Positions 60,763 to 64,000 of a DNA stretch of 64,000 nucleotides are shown one piece after another. Within the stretch, counting starts at the first letter, position 1; every line of letters starts with the position of its first letter. The notes below the pieces were generated by a model, which ran no database searches, had not been told where the DNA came from, and saw only the letters and a list, made by a program, of their open reading frames with translations. This DNA comes from Promethearchaeota archaeon (lineage in GTDB: Archaea > Asgardarchaeota > Lokiarchaeia > Sigyniarchaeales > SOKP01): assembly GCA_016839555.1 (NCBI GenBank), contig JAEOUA010000010.1, positions 192,001 to 256,000 on the forward strand, read 5' to 3'. A program made the translations under genes and the position numbers.

Positions 60763-61755
60763 ATGAAGAATCAATATAATGACTTAATACCCAGATTATT
60801 ACAAGGAGAGACCAGAGCTGCTGCCCGGCTAATTAGTTTAGCAGAAAATGATATTAAAGCTGCGGAATCCATCATAAAAGCTATTTATAAATACACTGGA
60901 AACGCATATATTCTAGGTATTACTGGAGCACCAGGGTCAGGAAAAAGCACCTTTATTTCCACTTTAATTGATAAATTAACAGGTAAAGAAAATAAAATAG
61001 GGATAATTTGTGTAGATCCTTCCAGTCCTTTAACTGGAGGTGCGTTATTGGGAGATCGAATTCGAATGAAGCAACATTTTTCCTCAGATAATGTTTTTAT
61101 AAGAAGCATGGCTAATCGAGGGCAATTAGGTGGGCTTTCTCGAGCAACTGAAGATGTTATTAAAATATTGGATGCGTATGGTTGCAATATAATTATCGTT
61201 GAGACTGTGGGAGTTGGTCAATCAGAAGTAGATATTTTTAAATCTGCTCATACTGTTTTAGTTTTATTAGTACCTGGGCTTGGTGATGATATCCAGACTA
61301 TCAAAGCTGGCATTATGGAAATTACAGATATCTTTGTAGTAAATAAGATGGATTTGCCGGGAGCAGACAAAAAAATTGCTGAAATTATTCAGATGTTGGA
61401 ATTGAACATGAATTATAAATATAATTCAGAGGATATAAATGAAAATTTTTCGAAAACTACACAATGGACTCCTGAAATCATAAAAACTAATTCTATTACT
61501 GGAGAAAATTTTAATAAATTATTAGATAAAATTGAGAAGCATAGAAAATTTTTAAACAATAACAATGTGCTTGAGAGCTATCTAAAAGGTCGGATTAAAA
61601 ATGAGACATTGCAGATATTAAAATATAAATTAACTAAAAAAATAGAAAATATATTTAAAGAAAATGAATCAATAGAAAAACTAGTTAATCAACTAATGGA
61701 AAAACAGATTAGTCCTTATGAAATGGCCAATTTGATAATTTTAAAATTCTTTTAA
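60763..61755 (+). CDS. meaB: MeaB/ArgK GTPase metallochaperone
   Basis: GITGAPGSGKST, VDPSS...GGALLGDRIRM, ETVGVGQSE, VNKMD. Confidence 0.95.
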   Translation: MKNQYNDLIPRLLQGETRAAARLISLAENDIKAAESIIKAIYKYTGNAYILGITGAPGSGKSTFISTLIDKLTGKENKIGIICVDPSSPLTGGALLGDRIRMKQHFSSDNVFIRSMANRGQLGGLSRATEDVIKILDAYGCNIIIVETVGVGQSEVDIFKSAHTVLVLLVPGLGDDIQTIKAGIMEITDIFVVNKMDLPGADKKIAEIIQMLELNMNYKYNSEDINENFSKTTQWTPEIIKTNSITGENFNKLLDKIEKHRKFLNNNNVLESYLKGRIKNETLQILKYKLTKKIENIFKENESIEKLVNQLMEKQISPYEMANLIILKFF

Positions 61756-61903
61756 TGATCTTAAAAATAATAATATATAATTATCCAAATTAGGTAGATT
61801 TTAATCATTATAATTCATTTTTAACAATATCAATAAATTTTTAATTTGTAATAGATTAAAAAATTATAAATTAAAATATAGAATAATAAAAACTTAATAA
61901 AAA

Positions 61904-62497
61904 ATGAGCAATATCATATTCTTTTATTATTTCAATCAATATTTAACCCAAGAGTCATTTCCTAAGGAGGGTTATACAATTTTTATTATTCCTGATTTTG
62001 TTATATTAGGATTTCTTGTTGTTTTTACGTATCTTTATTTTAAGAAATTTAATAAGGGTGGGGAATATAAAAAAATATTAAATTTAATTTTAGCATATGT
62101 ATTTTTTGTCATTGCTTATATAATACAATCTATTGTAAATTTTTTCATTCTTTTTGATTTTACTCAAAATACAATTTATATATTTATTGAATATCAGTTT
62201 TTAGCGCTAGTAATTCTCGGTTGTATTCCGCTCGCGCTTTTTTATAATGATTTTGAATCAGACTCTATTGAACAATTTAATTTTATATTAATTATAGGAA
62301 TAATATTAATATTTTGGATGACCGTTTCGGCTTTTTTTGCACCTCAAGCTAAATGGATAATGTATATTGCATTCATTATTACGAGCTTTTTTAATAGCGC
62401 ACTTATTAATTACTACATAGAAGAGCCAGAAAAATATCAAGAAAAGATTTCGCCTCCTAAAAAAACTGATCTATCTGAACAAAAGACAGTTCCTTAA
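61904..62497 (+). CDS. Hypothetical membrane protein
   Basis: About 5 TM segments. Confidence 0.65.
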   Translation: MSNIIFFYYFNQYLTQESFPKEGYTIFIIPDFVILGFLVVFTYLYFKKFNKGGEYKKILNLILAYVFFVIAYIIQSIVNFFILFDFTQNTIYIFIEYQFLALVILGCIPLALFYNDFESDSIEQFNFILIIGIILIFWMTVSAFFAPQAKWIMYIAFIITSFFNSALINYYIEEPEKYQEKISPPKKTDLSEQKTVP

Positions 62498-62500
62498 AAA

Positions 62501-63277
62501 GTGCGAAAAACTAATCTTTTAGTAGTTGGTGGGGGAAAATTTGGGTTAAGAGCAATAAAATTTGCAAAAAAAAGAAGTTATAATACAATCCTAATCGATA
62601 AAAATCCCAATTGCCTTGCGGGTAATTTTATTGAAACAAAGTTTAGAGAATTTTATGCTCTGTTAGATTATTTTAATAAACATCAAAACAGAGAAATTGT
62701 TTTTTTTGAAAGCGATATATCCATTATTAATAAAATTTTATATGAAATTGAATTTTCCTGGATTATACCAGTTGTGCCAATCCATTTAATAGCTTTAATC
62801 GTTAAAAATTTTATGATATCAAATAATATTCAATTGCTTCTAGATAATATAACTAGTAAAGTTTACTCAGAAAAAATCAAACCTGATATATTATTAACCT
62901 CTCCCGTTCAAGAAGGAATCTTATATTTATCTTATGCTAAAGAAGATGAAGTATGTCCTGAAGATTGCCCAGGTCCACCAGACTATTGTCCCTCTTTCAA
63001 AAGAGAAAAGCCCATTACCATCACTGAATATTTGAAAAAAGTCTTTGATATTTCTGACAGTTTTAATTTACTGAAAAATAAGAAAAAATTAATTATTTTA
63101 TTGCATAGCTATCAGTTGATGCCCGGATTAGGAGGACTCAAAGGACAAGAGATTTATTCTATTTATAATCAACTCGAAAATAATCTCATTTTTTTAAAAA
63201 ACAATCAATTTAATTTAATCGTAGCAACTACCTGTAACTGCCATGGAGTTATTAATTTCTATAAATCTAGAAAATAA
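62501..63277 (+). CDS. Rossmann-fold NAD-binding protein with a Cys-rich C-terminus
   Basis: VVGGGKFG; CPEDCPGP..CP; QL.PGLGG; TTCNCHGV. Confidence 0.65.
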   Translation: MRKTNLLVVGGGKFGLRAIKFAKKRSYNTILIDKNPNCLAGNFIETKFREFYALLDYFNKHQNREIVFFESDISIINKILYEIEFSWIIPVVPIHLIALIVKNFMISNNIQLLLDNITSKVYSEKIKPDILLTSPVQEGILYLSYAKEDEVCPEDCPGPPDYCPSFKREKPITITEYLKKVFDISDSFNLLKNKKKLIILLHSYQLMPGLGGLKGQEIYSIYNQLENNLIFLKNNQFNLIVATTCNCHGVINFYKSRK

Positions 63278-63297
63278 AGACCATTAAAAAAACTAAA

Positions 63298-63552
63298 TTA
63301 TTTTTGTTTTCTGGGATCGATCCATTCAGAATATACTTCCGTTATTACCGAATTTCCAGATTTTTGGCATTCAAGACATTTTTCATCTTCTAGTTCCTTA
63401 AATGTAAAGTCTCCCTTTTTAAATTCACGTGTATATTTTTTTTGACAGTTTCTACATTTAATAACGCTATAAACCTTCTGAATAAATCGGTCTTTTCTAT
63501 CTAAGATGTCTCCTATCGCTGGAAGTGGTGGAAGCTCGGGCTCTTCACTCAA
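63298..63552 (-). CDS. Small zinc-ribbon protein
   Basis: CRNC, REFKKGD, CLEC. Confidence 0.7.
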   Translation of the reverse strand: MSEEPELPPLPAIGDILDRKDRFIQKVYSVIKCRNCQKKYTREFKKGDFTFKELEDEKCLECQKSGNSVITEVYSEWIDPRKQK

Positions 63553-63714
63553 AATTTATTCCCTACTATATTAATTACTTTTAATAGAATAAATGAAAAG
63601 AATTCTAATAATTTTTTGGTTAATTTTTTTTATACTTTAAATAAAAATATTTAATTTCCAAAATTAAAAACTCTATTATTTATTTCAAAGATTGAATTAT
63701 ATGGAATATTAAAT

Positions 63715-64000
63715 ATGTTTGAATTTAAAAAAGAACAGCAAATAGCGAGAATTGATAATATTAAAATTGGGGGCCCTTCAGGAGAAAATCCAACTGTACT
63801 CATTGGCAGCATTTTTCATAAGGGAGATCAAATAGTATCGGACGAAAAATTAGGAATTTTTAACAAAAAGGAAGCTGAAAGGTTAATTTTCAAACAAAAA
63901 GAACTCTCTGACAAATCTGGAAACCCCTGTCTATTAGATCTAGCTGGAATTTACGAAAAAGCATGTAAAAAATATATTAATTTTATCACAAGCATAAACG
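63715..64000 (+). CDS. mtrH: MtrH-family methyltransferase (3' truncated; not in ORF track)
   Basis: MFEFKKEQ...KIGGPSGENPTVLIGSIFHKG...GIFNKKEAERLI..Q.ELSDKSGNP matches the MtrH N-terminus. Confidence 0.8.
   Translation, partial: MFEFKKEQQIARIDNIKIGGPSGENPTVLIGSIFHKGDQIVSDEKLGIFNKKEAERLIFKQKELSDKSGNPCLLDLAGIYEKACKKYINFITSIN

Noticed and set aside
2557-61187. Other short overlapping ORF-track entries (e.g. 2557, 7293, 23752, 26375, 28286, 38066, 46346, 48306, 52105, 55452, 59021, 60885)
   Set aside because: Nested in or antisense to confident genes and lacking recognisable motifs.
1-64000. Genome-wide reassignment of UGA to Trp/Gly/Cys
   Set aside because: TGA is the natural stop of complete genes here (e.g. 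ending at 2788, 32928, 39854, 40180, 58545); internal TGAs were seen only in two known selenoprotein families.

Overview
Strongly AT-rich archaeal DNA, most likely an Asgard archaeon of the Lokiarchaeia type (archaeal uL16/L10e, a Loki-CTERM-type surface protein, Rab-, Rag- and MglA-like GTPases, longin-, arrestin- and HEAT-like proteins). I saw no tRNA, rRNA, CRISPR array or transposase. Main results, several missed or broken by the ORF track: (1) A minus-strand Hdr/F420 cluster (9831-22897) opens with a 652-aa HdrA carrying three in-frame TGA codons and a VhuD/MvhD carrying two. All five align to Cys in a paralog within the window, and a single eukaryote-like SECIS hairpin follows (20430-20503). 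(2) A 33-codon, probably leaderless uORF ending in VALAMAIAIAAAVLVL lies upstream of ilvE, with mutually exclusive RNA pairings, suggesting leader-peptide attenuation in an archaeon. (3) A full-length CD36/LIMP-2/SR-BI family membrane protein (53854-56364). (4) Two genes have conserved N-terminal domains that appear to need ATA/ATT starts. (5) A split B12 acyl-CoA mutase has isobutyryl-CoA-mutase signature residues and an NxHxxG cobalamin motif. Also present: a SIR2-TPR candidate defence protein, a MazF-type TA pair, an acyl-CoA synthetase alpha subunit without its phospho-His loop, and sugar and amino-acid catabolic genes. All family calls come from motif recognition by eye; no database searches were run.
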